64,000 nt of DNA from Cetorhinus maximus (lineage: Eukaryota): the NCBI RefSeq assembly GCF_964194155.1, contig NC_135901.1, positions 26,598,001 through 26,662,000 on the forward strand. The letters run 5' to 3'. The first letter of the stretch is position 1; every line of letters starts with the position of its first letter. Positions 1 to 11,160 of the stretch are shown piece by piece. The translations under genes were made by a program, and so were the position numbers. The notes under the pieces were generated by a model, which was not told the DNA's origin, did no database searches, and was given only the letters and a program-made list of their open reading frames with translations.

Positions 1-419
1 AAACATTGTACCTCCGCTTTAATAATGAAAAAAATGGAAAAGGATTTTCAGTTGGAAACTTCTCAGGCACCATCACCCCTCAATAAAAGATTGCTTACCC
101 AGTGCATTAAGCAGATATCAAGCGTTCACTGGTACACACAGAGTACCTGGTAGAGTTTAAGTCAATAATTCCACGCACCTTACATACCGCAGTGACATTA
201 TTAACAAAGGACCAAGTTAAGGGAGTATCCCTGCTGTAATAGAGTAGATGAATTATGGAGTTACAAAGTCAAGGCATTAATGAACTGCAGCCTGACAGTT
301 GCCAATTTGTTGGGATACCGCAGAATGAAAGAATCCCACACACTTGTCAGGTGAAAGAGGCTGTGCCCAATGGACCTATTAAAGCCACACCACTAGTGGA
401 CTCCACTGGGGTTTATAGA

Positions 420-3400
420 AACATAGAAAATAGGAGCAGGAGTAGGCCATTCGGCCCTTCGAGCCTGCTCCGCCATTCATTATGATCATGGCTGATCATC
501 CAACTCAATCACCTGCTCCCACTTTCTCCTTATATCCTTTGATCCCTTTCACCCCAAGACCTATATCTAACTCCTTCTTGAAAACATACAATGTTTTGGC
601 CTCAACTACTTTCTGTGGTAACGAATTCCAGGCTCACCACTCTCCGGGTGAAGAAATTTCTCCTCATCTCAGTCCTAAATGGTCTACCCCGTATCCTCAG
701 ACCGTGATCCTTGATTCTGGACTGCCCCACCATCGGGAACACCCTTCCTGCATCCACCTTGTCTAGTCCTGTTAGAATTTTATAGGTTCCTATGAGATTT
801 CCCCCTCATTCTTCTGAACTCCAGTGAATATAATCCTAACTGACTCAATCTCTCCTCATATGTTAGTCCCACCATCCCAGGAATCAGTCTGGTAAACCTT
901 TGCTGCACTCCCTCTATAGAAAGAACATCCGTCCTCAGATAAGGAGGCCAAAACTGCACACAATATTCCAAGTGTGGTCTCACCAAGGCCCTGTATAATT
1001 GCAGCAAGACATCCCTGCTCCTGTACGCGAATCCTCTCGCTATGAAGGCCAACATACTATTTGCCTTCTTTACCACCTGCTGCACCTGCATGCTTATCTT
1101 CAGCGACTGGTGTACAAAGACACCCAGGTCTCGTTGCACATTTCCCTCTCTCAATTTATAGCCATTTAGATAAGAATCTGCCTTCCTTTTTTTGCTACCA
1201 AAGTGGATAACCTCACATTTATCCACACTATATTGCATCTGCCATGCATTTGCCCACTAACTCAGCTTGTACAAATCACCCTGAAGCATCTCTGCATCCT
1301 CCTCACAGCTCACCCTCCCACCCAGCTTTGTGTCATTTGCAAATCTGGGGATATTACATTTAGCTCCCTCATCTAAATCCTTAATATATATTGTGAATAG
1401 CTGGGGTCCCAGCACCGATCCCTGTGGTGCCCCACTAGTCACTGCCTGCCATTTGGAAAAAGACCCATTTATTCCTACACTTTGTTTCCTGTCTGCCAAC
1501 CAATTTTCTATCCATCTCAATATATTACCCCCAATCCCATGTGCTCTAATTTTACATGCTAATCTCTTATGTGGGACTTTGTCAAAAGCCTTCTGAAAGT
1601 CCAAATAAACCACATCCACTGGCTCCCCCTCATCAACTCTATTCGTTACATCCTCGGAAAATTTCAGTAGATTTGTCAAGCATTATTTCCCTTTCATAAA
1701 TTCATGCTCCCTCTGTCCGAGTTTGCCACTGTTTTCCAAGTGCTCAGCTATTAAATCTTTTATGATGGACTCTAGAATTTTGCCCAGTATCGATGTCGAT
1801 AATTCCTTGTTTTCTCTCTACCTCCCTTTTTAAATAGTGGGGTTACATTAGGTACCCTCCAACCTGTAGGAACTGGTCCAGAGTCTATAGAATCTCGGAA
1901 GATGACCACCAATGCATCCATTATTTCGAAGGCCACTTCCTTAAGTACTCTGGGATGTAGATTATCAGGCCCTGGGGATTTGTCGGCCTTCAATCCTATC
2001 AATTTTCCAACACCATTTCCCTTCTAATATTGATTTCTTTCTGTTCCTCCCTCTCACTAAACCCTGTGTTCTCCAACATTTCTGGTACGTTATTTGTGTC
2101 CTCCTTTGTGAAGACAGAACCAAAGTATGTGTTCAGTTGGTCAGCCATTTCTTTGTTCCCCATTATAAATTCCCCTGTTTCTGACTGTAAGGGACCTACA
2201 TTTGTCTTCACCAATCTTTTTCTCTTCACATACCTATAGAAACTTTTACAGTCAGCTTTTACGTTTCCCGCAAGCTTACTCTCGTAATCTATTTTCTCCT
2301 TCTTAATCAATCCCTTGGTCCTCCTTTGCTGAATTCTAAAGTGCTCCCAATCCTCAGGTCTGTTGTTTTTTCTGTCCAATTTGTATGCCTCTTCCTTGGA
2401 ACTAACACTATCTCTAATTTCCCTTGTAAGCCATGGTTTGGCCACCGTTCCTATTTTACTTTTGCGCCAGAGAGGAATAAACAATTGTTGCAGTTCACCC
2501 ATGCACTCTTTGAATGTTTTCCATTGCCTATCCACCGTCATCCCTTTAAGTAACGTTTCCCAATCCATCATAGTCAACTCGCATCTCATACCATCGCAGT
2601 TTCCTTTATTAAGATTCGGGACCCTGGTCTCAGAATCAACTACATCACTCTCCATCTTGATGAACAATTCTATCATATTATGGTCGCTCATCCCCAAGGG
2701 GCCTCGCATAACTAGATTGCCAATTATTCCTTTCTCATTACACAATACCCAGTCTCGGATGGCCTGTTCCCCAGTTGGTTCCTCAATGTATGGGTCCAGA
2801 AAACCATCCTGTACACACTCCAGGAATTCCTCCTCTACAGTACTGTTACTAATTTGATTTGCCCAATCGATATGCAGATTAAAGTCACCCATAATTACAG
2901 ATGTTTCTTTATTGCATGTGTCTCTAATTTCCTGTTTAATGCCATTCCCAACATCATCACTACAGTTTGGGGTCTATATACAACCCCCAGTAACGTTTTT
3001 GCCCCTTAGTGTTTCTCAGCTCTACCCATACAGATTCCACATCATCGGAGCTAATATCTTTCCTCATTATTGCGTTAATTTCCTCTTTAGCCAGCAATGC
3101 AACTGCACTGCCTTTTCCTTTTTGTCTGTCCTTCCTAAATACTGAATATCCCTGGATGTTCAGTTCCTATCTCTGGTCATCCTGCAGCCATGTCTCCGTA
3201 ATCCCAACTATATCATACTGTTTACATCTATTTGCGTGGTTAATTCATCCACTTTATTGTGAATGCTCCTCGCATTAAGGCACAAAGCTTAAGGCTTGAC
3301 TTTTTAACATTACTTATCCCGTTCCCACTATTTTTCACTGAGGGCCTGTTTGATTCTTGCCCTTGATTTCTCTGCCTATCAATTTTCTTATTCCCCTTCC

Positions 3401-3722
3401 TGTCTTTTGTTCTTGTCCTTGATTCCCCCTCCTCTGACTCCTTGCATAGGTTCCCATCCCCCTGCCATTCTAGTTTAAACCCTCCCCAACCACTCTAGCA
3501 AATATTCCCCCTGGGACATCAGTCCCGGTCCTGCCCAGGTCCAGCCCGTCCAGTTTGTACTGGTCCCACCTCCCCCAGAACCGGTCCCAATGTCCCAGGA
3601 ATCCGAAACCCTCCCCCTCACACCATCTCTTCAGCCACGTATTCATCCGATATATCCTGCTATTTCTATTCTGACTAGCACGTGGCACTGGTAGTAATCC
3701 TGAGATCACTACCTTTGAGGTT
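420..3722 (-). mobile_element. CR1-clade LINE, 5'-truncated and frameshifted (end of ORF1 esterase, APE endonuclease, RT, 3' tail)
   Basis: Minus-strand ORFs carry MGDFN, SDHN, KSPGPD, YLDFQKAFDKVPH, PQGSVLGP and LVRPHLEYCVQFW. The 3' tail (ttctatgtttctat on minus) lies near 420. Nearly identical to the copies at 13.3, 31.8 and 39.7 kb. Confidence 0.95.
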
Positions 3723-4795
3723 ACTATTTGTAAGGTGAAGGTACATCAGCAGCAGGGGTTAGTGAAGAGGGTGATGGTAATAACTAGACAGGCTGACTCA
3801 CCAGGAAAGCTGCTCCAGAGGGGATTCCATGGGATTCACCCAGAACTCAATCATTGGCACCGGTACGACAGACTGTGGGATGGTTGAGGGCTTTAATTAC
3901 TCTGGAGAAATGACACTGAGAAAAGCTGTCAATAAGGGAGCTGACAATCTGGTCAAGGCCAATGACTGTGTCACTGCCTCGCCTGGTGTCTTAATGACTA
4001 TTTACTCTACTCATTCCCCCGGTCACAGCCCATTTTAGCCTATGACAGGTCAGCCAATTTGGATTAATCATCTCCCCCCCACCCCCCCGGGGCCCCACTC
4101 CCCATTGCTACCCGACAGGCTCAGGACCAGTTTCTCCAGAACCTCCAACAAACCTCAGCATCCTCCCTGCTACAGGCAGTGGAGAAGGTGGTTCTGCCCA
4201 TCTCAACACCTCCAGGGAGAATCACCCCACCCGCCACGTTAACTTCAGCTCCCATTGAGCAGTTAATGTTAAAAACATTGTTAAATGTGCTGGGGCCGGG
4301 AGGCTAATTGGGAAGGTCCATATGATGTTCTGGATAAGTTGGGAGAAACAAATATTAAATTGACTTTGTGGAAATGAGGAAGGGAAGCAGAATACCTGTG
4401 TTGCCATGTAGATCATTGTAAACTGTACAAAATGAAAAGGTCAGATAACTAGATCGAGGATAAACGCTGTTTGATGTTATCCAACAGGGACAAGATGTGG
4501 ATGGTCATCGTGCTCCTGGACTGTGTCCAGGCTGAAGTTCTGTTCCTGCCGTATGATCCTCCCCCAGATTGTCCTTTCTGAGCTCCAGCCAGGTGATGTT
4601 AAACACTCAGGTGGGAAAGACAAAAATCAGCAACACTGTGTTCAAAACAACATTGATTTATTTGATATATAACTGAAATGCTAAACTTCAGATCAATTAT
4701 TCTCAGCAGAAACACACACCAAATGTCAGAATGAACATGCGTCAGTCCTGGATGTGACTAACCACAGCAATAACAGCAGAATCCAACCCCTGCTG

Positions 4796-5470
4796 TCACT
4801 TGTGAACTCGCTGGTGTCTCACCAGGTTGGATGACTGAGTGAATCCTTTCCCACACTCACAGCAGGTGAACAACTTTTCCCCAGTGTGAACTCGCTGGTG
4901 TCGCAACAGGTTACATGAACGGGTGAATCCTTTCCCACACACCGAGCAGGTGAACGGCCTCTCCCCCGTGTGAACGAGCTGGTGTTTCAGCACTTCACGC
5001 CTGCTTTTAAACATCTTCGCACATTCAGAACATTCAAAAGGTCTCTTTTCAGTGTGAACAAGTTGATGTTCAGTGAGGCGGGATGACTGGGCGAATCCCT
5101 TCCCACACACAGCGCAGGTGAACGGCCTCTCCCCGGTGTGAACTCGCTGGTGTGTCAGTAGGTCGGATGACTGAGTAAATCCCTTCCCACACACAGAGCA
5201 GGTGAATGGCCTCTCCCCAGTGTGAACCCGTTGGTGTGTCAGCAGGTGGGGTGAACGAGTGAATCCCTTTCCACACTCGGAGCAAGTGAATGGCCTCTCC
5301 CCAGTGTGAACTCGCTGGTGCATGAGAAGATCAGATGAATTAGTGAATCCCTTTTCACACATGAAACAGGTGAACGGCCTCTCCCCAGTGTGACTGCGTC
5401 GATGAATTTCCAGGGTAGATGGATAATTGAATCCCTTCCCACAGTCCCCACATTTCCACGGTTTCTCCAT
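4796..5470 (-). CDS. C2H2 zinc-finger protein, 8 fingers, no effector domain (ZNF-1)
   Basis: Open 224-aa ORF MEKPWKC... with CxxC-x12-HxxxH repeats and TGERP linkers. Start in accATGg context; AATAAA on minus at about 4657-4662. Confidence 0.88.
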   Translation of the reverse strand: MEKPWKCGDCGKGFNYPSTLEIHRRSHTGERPFTCFMCEKGFTNSSDLLMHQRVHTGERPFTCSECGKGFTRSPHLLTHQRVHTGERPFTCSVCGKGFTQSSDLLTHQRVHTGERPFTCAVCGKGFAQSSRLTEHQLVHTEKRPFECSECAKMFKSRREVLKHQLVHTGERPFTCSVCGKGFTRSCNLLRHQRVHTGEKLFTCCECGKGFTQSSNLVRHQRVHK

Positions 5471-5837
5471 GGTGCCGGCGTCCTTGTGTCTCTCCAGGTT
5501 GGATGATCAGTTGAAGCCTTGTCCACACACAGAACACGTGTACAGTTTCTCTCCGCTGTGAATGGTGAAATGTTTTATCAGGCTGTGTAACTAGTTAAAG
5601 CTCTTACCACAGTCAGTTCACTGGAAACACTCTCACTCGGGTGTGTGTGTGTGTTTCGCTGCTTTTCCAGTCACACTAATGTTTGAAATCTTTTCTCACA
5701 GACAGAAACAGTCAAACACTTCACCCTCCACATTCCACGGCCGACGATATTCAGGTCCTGATGAATCGAGTGACCGTCAGATTTTGATGTGATGTTTGTT
5801 TTGGGTTTCTCACCTATAAACCTCCCTCCGTAATGCC
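5471..5837 (-). pseudogene. Decayed spacer and three dead zinc fingers forming the 5' leader of ZNF-1
   Basis: Translates as CEKRFQTLV*LEKQ ... [32 protein letters not shown], beginning after a ttttacag acceptor-like site. Confidence 0.8.
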
Positions 5838-5924
5838 CTGTAAAAATAATTTCATCAGGAAAAAAGGGAGTGAGATAGACCCCACAAAAACACAAAGGCA
5901 GGTTGTGAAACTGAGCTGAATGAA

Positions 5925-6055
5925 ACTTGGTAAATTGTGGGGCTGGCACCAGGAAAGAGTGACCATGAAAGCTGCCAGATTGTCATACAAACCCAACTGG
6001 TTCTCTAATGTCCTCCAGGGAAAGGAACCCACTGCCTGTCCTGGGCCTACACAAG
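5925..6055 (+). mobile_element. SINE body fragment shared with the introns at 24.3 and 48.55 kb
   Basis: gattgtcatacaaacccaactggttctctaatgtcctccagggaagg-type segment, with reverse-complement homologues upstream of ZNF-4 and ZNF-6. Confidence 0.55.
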
Positions 6056-6292
6056 AATCTCTATCGGAGGAGAAAAGGTGAGAGTGGTGGGATGTTGAAG
6101 GAGAAGATCCTTCTACATCTACACCTCAAGAACTTTTACAGATCCTCCCACCAAGAAGGGCAATGTCAGCGTGTGCACAGGAAACCATCAGCTCCAGGTC
6201 ACACACTGTCCTCTCGTGGACACATGAGATCATTCCTTCATAGCCGGTGTCTTATAATCCTGGAACTTCTTACCTAACAGCACAGTCACCGG

Positions 6293-6555
6293 CACCGACC
6301 TCCTCCTGTCTGATATAAAACCAAATCCACAGTCACTGACACCAATCTCCTCCTGTCTGATATAAAACCAAATCCACAGACACCAATCTCCTCCTGTCTG
6401 ATATAAACCAGCCCCACATTCACTCACACCAATCTCCTCCTGTCTGATATAAAACCAAATCCACAGTCACTGACACCAATCTCCTCCTGTCTGATATAAA
6501 CCAGCCCCACATTCACTCACACCAATCTCATGTCTGATTATAATGCATCCCCACA
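6293..6555. repeat. Minisatellite, about 6 units of 41-47 bp in two alternating variants
   Basis: Repeated core accaatctcctcctgtctgatataaa followed by accaaatccacagtcactgac or ccagccccacattcactcac. Confidence 0.9.
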
Positions 6556-6777
6556 TGCCCAGAAAGATTAAACTTAGTTTGTTATTTGGATTGGACTTGA
6601 CTCCATTCCCGTGCTGAGGGGATTTCTGCATTGATTGGGAGGGATAACATTTCGGATCTCGATTCTCCACCAATTCCCATTTTCCCTTCTTTCCGGTGGA
6701 TAATGGAGGTGTCACTGTGTGTAATCTGCAAGTCAGTAAGAATTGTCAGCAAGGATTAATCAGCACTTTAATTAACC

Positions 6778-8365
6778 AGACAAGTTTCCAGGACCTGATG
6801 GCCTGCAGCCAAGGGTTTTAAAGGAAGTGGCTGCAGAGATAGTGGAGGCATTGGTCGAAATATTCCAGAACTCACTGGATTCTGGGAGGGTCCCAGCAAA
6901 TTGGAAAACCACGAATTTGATGTCCCCATTCAAGAAGGGAGGGAGACAAAAAGCAGGAAACTATAGGCCAGTCAGCCTAATATCTATTGTTGGGAAAATG
7001 TTAGAGTCCATTATTAAGGAAGAAGTAGCAGGACATTTAGAAAAGTTTAACGCAATCAAACAGAGTCAGCAGGGTTTTGTGAAAGGGAAATCATGTTTGA
7101 CAAATTTGCTAGAGTTCTTTGACGAGATAATGAGCAGACTTGATAAAGGGGGGCTGGTAGATGAAACGTATTTGGATTTCCAGAAGGCATTCGATAAGGT
7201 GCCATATAAAAGGTTATTGCACAAGGTAGGAGGAGCTCACGGTATTGGGGATAATGTATTGGCATGGATTGAGGATTGGTTAACACACTAAAGACAGAGA
7301 ATCAAGGTTAATGGGTCTTTTTCAGGTTGGAAAGACAAAACTAGTGGAGTGCCACAAGGATCAGTCTTAGGGCCTCAATTATTTACTATCTATATTAATG
7401 ACTTAGAGGAGGGGGCACAGTGTAATGTATCCAAATTTGCTGATGATATAAAAATGGGTGGGAGGGTATGTTATGATGAGGACATAAGGAATTTGCAAGG
7501 GGACATAGATAGGTTGAGTGAGTGGGCAAAAACTTGACAGTTAGAGTTTAATGTAGGAAAGTGTGAGGTCATGCACTTTGGTAGGAAGAATCAAAAGGCA
7601 GACTATTATTTAAATGGAGAGAGACTCCAAAAGAGTACAGCACAGAGGGATCTGGGTGTTCTTGTGCATGAAACACAAAAAGTTAGCATGCAGGTGCAGC
7701 AAGTAATTAAGACGGCAATTGGAATTTTGGCCTGTATTGCTAGGGGGGCTGGAGTTTAAAAATAGGGAAGTCTTGTTACAACTGTACAGGGTGTTGGTGA
7801 GGCCGCACCTGGAGTACTGTATACAGTTTTGGTCCCCGTATTTAAGAAAGGATATACTGACATTAGAGGCAGTTCAAAATAGACTCACTAAGCTGATTAC
7901 TGGGACAAAGGGGTTAACTTATCCAGGACGGCTAAACAGGTTAGGCCTTTATTCATTAGAGTTTAGAAGGAGGAGGGGTGATCTTATTGAAACGTACAAG
8001 ATTCTGAGGGGGCTTGACAAGGTGGATGTTGAGAAGATGTTTCCATCTCAAATCTCAATCTAGGGGACATAGTTACAGAATAAGGGGACACTCATTTAAA
8101 ACTGAGATGTGAAGGGATTTCTTCTCTCAGAGGATAGTGAATGTCTGGAATTCTCTACCTCAGAGAGTTGTGGAGGCTGGATCACTCACTGAAAGTACTT
8201 AAAGAGGTGGTAAATAGATTTTTGAAACATCAGGGAGTTGAGGGCTATGAGAAGCTGGCACGAAAGAGGAGTTGAGGCCTGGGGAAGATCAGCCATGATC
8301 TTATTGAATGGCAGGGCTGGCTCGAGGGGCCGAATGGCCTACTCCTGCTCCTATTTCTTATGCTC
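6778..8365 (+). mobile_element. CR1 LINE 3' part (RT to tail), degenerate, different subfamily
   Basis: NYRPVSL, YLDFQKAFDKVP, PQGSVLGP, KFADD, LVRPHLEYC and a CR1-type tail. Absent from the homologous flank at about 55545. Confidence 0.93.
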
Positions 8366-8642
8366 TTTCTAATTGGAGATGTTAATCAGTGGAACCTTTC
8401 TGACACTGAATTGTAGAGTTCGTACCAAAGGTCAGTTTCAGATTGAAGCAAAAGTTTAATCTTTGTTGCAAACTAATTATGACTGAGGTTCTCTGGATTC
8501 AGGGGAATGATCAGAGACAGCTATGCTTAAAGGGAGACTGCAGCCCCGAGAACATAATCAGCCTTATAACCAGAATCTTAAATTCCAGACCAGTCGAATC
8601 ATTAATAGCATCAGCAAAAACAGCAGAATCCAACCCTTGTTG

Positions 8643-9233
8643 TCACTTGTGAACTTGCTGGTGTGTCAGTAGGTGGGCTAGCTGACTGAATCCCCTCGCA
8701 CACACTGAACAGGTGAATGGCCTCTCCCGGGTGTGAACTCGCTGGTGCGTCAGGAGGTTGGATGAAGTCGTGAACCCCTTCTTACACACGGAGCAGATGA
8801 ACGGTCTCTCGCCGGTGTGAACTCGCTGGTGTGTCAGAAGGTTCGATGAATTGGTGAATCCCTTCCCGCACAGGGAACAGGTGAACGGTCTCTCTCCAGT
8901 GTGAACTCGCTGGTGTGTCAGCAGCTGGGATAACTGAGTGAATCCCCTCCCACAAACAGAGCAGGTGAATGGCTTCTCCCCAGTGTGAACTCGCTGGTGT
9001 ACCAGTAGCTCAGATGACTGCGTGAATCCCTTTGCACACACACAACAGGTGAACGGTCTCTCCCCTGTGTGAAATCGCTGGTGTCTCAACAGAGTGGTTG
9101 ACTGAGTGAATCCCCTCCCACATACAGAGCAGGTGAACGGCTTCTCCCCAGTATGATTGCGTCGATGGATTTCCAGCAGCGATGGGTATTTGAATCCCTT
9201 TCCACAGTCCCCACATTTACATGGTTTCTCCGT
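8643..9233 (-). CDS. C2H2 zinc-finger frame, 7 intact fingers, ACG in place of the family ATG (ZNF-2; gene or young pseudogene)
   Basis: The frame is open from 9233 (gccACGgag-AAA-CCA-TGT-AAA-TGT) to TGA at 8643, i.e. 196 codons or 7x28. An in-frame TGA lies 13 codons further upstream. Confidence 0.65.
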   Translation of the reverse strand, partial: TEKPCKCGDCGKGFKYPSLLEIHRRNHTGEKPFTCSVCGRGFTQSTTLLRHQRFHTGERPFTCCVCAKGFTQSSELLVHQRVHTGEKPFTCSVCGRGFTQLSQLLTHQRVHTGERPFTCSLCGKGFTNSSNLLTHQRVHTGERPFICSVCKKGFTTSSNLLTHQRVHTRERPFTCSVCARGFSQLAHLLTHQQVHK

Positions 9234-10004
9234 GGCGCTGGCGTCCTTGTTTCTCTCCAGGTTGAATGATCAGTTCAAGCCTCGTCCACAGAACAGGTGA
9301 ACAGATTCTCTCTGGTTCCAATGTCTTTATAAGCTATGCAATTGGTTAAAACAATCCTCCTTCCACATTCAAATGCCAATGATATTCACACCCCAATTCA
9401 CCAGATTGACGTGATGTTTGGTTCGAGTTTCCCATCTGCAAATCCTCTGCTTCTAACAACCTGATAAAAGAGTTCACAAAAGTCATCACTGTCAGTACAG
9501 GACTGAAATTCATAACATACAATTCTCATTTGGAGGAATATTTTCCGCTTTCATTCCCCCCCCCCCAAATGACTCTGTCTGATCCCGATGTGATCCTTCG
9601 CTTGAGTGTTCTGTCTGCAAACCCTCAGCTCCTAATATCTTGTGAATGGGGTTTACAAAAGTAACCAGTGTCAGTCTAGGATGTAAAGTCAGAGCAGACA
9701 ATTCTTTTTCTTGTGGAATATTTTTTCTCTCTCTTGTTCCCCACCCCACCCCAACCAAATCTGCAAATCCCCGTCCCACACGCTCTCCCTCCTCCCTGGA
9801 CCGAATAAAGTGTTGGATAATTCTTTCCCCATCCTGTTAACAGATTCCACAACTGGAGATAACTTAATGCACGACAAAACATGAACCTGGATCACCCTGA
9901 CGACCAGGCAGAATAACAGACCTTCACCTTGTGTCCAGAACTGACTGTGGAGATTTTCCTCACAGGGGCCTCAGTCACCATCACTGAGACTATCTTTATA
10001 TTCC

Positions 10005-10107
10005 AGATTGTATTAATTTAATGGATTTGAACCCATGTCCCCAGAACATGACCCTGGGTCTCTGGATTACTGATCCAGTGACGTAACCACTAGGCCATTG
10101 TCTCCCC
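10005..10107 (-). mobile_element. tRNA-derived SINE head
   Basis: Minus strand reads gggagacaatggcctagtggttacg (A box) ... gggttcaaatcc (B box). Confidence 0.7.
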
Positions 10108-10134
10108 CTGGGCTCTTTGTTTGAGGTTATTTCC

Positions 10135-10480
10135 GGAGAGAAGCCGGAAGCGGCGGATAGTGAGAGTGGAGAATGTTCATTGTTTAACATTCGGCTCTGG
10201 GGCCGCACTCGGGATTTGTAAACCCCGCCCCCCCTGCCCGGGGTTTATTAACCCGCTCCCGACAGTGACCTCTCACCTGACACCTCACAATGCCCGGCTG
10301 ATTGACCGCAGAGCCGGACCAATAGGAACGAGAGCGGGGGAAACTGGAGGAGCGAGCGGGTGCGACCGGTCCTCCAACCAATCGGAGTGAATGAGGGGCG
10401 GGGCCCGATTCCTCACGGCAGGAGCGCCCCGCGCAGGCGTGCTGTGGCTGCCCAGTGTGGAGGTGGGGGGCTGGGTAAGT
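10135..10480. promoter_or_regulatory. CpG-rich promoter module P1 between divergent ZNF-2 and ZNF-3
   Basis: CCAAT at about 10319 and 10377, GGGGCGGGG at about 10395, CCGGAAG at about 10144. Donor-like gg|gtaagt at 10475 (+) and cag|gtgaga at about 10277 (-). Confidence 0.75.
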
Positions 10481-11160
10481 CAGAGGATCTTCTCCAGAAC
10501 CTGTTCTGGGGGGCCTGGTTTAAACAGCAATTTGTAGATCCATCCCAGGATGGGTGGAGCCCTTGGAGGGGGAGGGGAGAGTCACTCTAGCTGCCGACCT
10601 CTCTTCCATGGCCTTATCCAGGTGGTCCTGGAGAAGGAGCTTTTGCTGGGAGTGTCTTGCTGATTCTGACTTTCAGTTTGATATCTCTATCTGTTTGGGG
10701 AAACAAGAGGAGAAAAATTGCCCCATAGAAACTATAATTGTCCGTTCTGAATTTCTACCCTGGGCTGATAGTGATACTGACACTGTCAACTCCTTTTCTA
10801 GGTATTATAAGAAAATGAGTTGCAGGCAGGAAACTGAAACACAGCATCACATCAAAATCTGACAGTCGCCCGATTCATCAGGACTTGAATAGCATCAGCC
10901 TTTGAATGTGGAAGGGGACGTCTTCTGTTTGTGGAAAATAATTTGAGATAAATAAGTGTGATTGAAAAAACACAGACACACACACCTGAGTGATAGTGTT
11001 CCAGTGCACTGACTCTGGAAAGATTTTTAACCAGTTAACACAGCCTGAAAAAAACATCACACCATTCACACAGCGGGGGTGAAATCACACACGTGTTCTG
11101 TGTGTGGACGAGGCTTCAACTGATCATCCAACCTTAGAGAGGCACAAGGTCACCGGCACC

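Noticed and set aside
3723-4620. Unassigned sequence with short ORFs (also 1-419 and 36050-36900)
   Set aside because: I could not support any recognisable domain, repeat structure or paralogy by eye.
10005-10107. Possible tRNA genes at 10.05, 12.77 and 47.35 kb
   Set aside because: They have A/B boxes but no complete cloverleaf and continue into SINE bodies.
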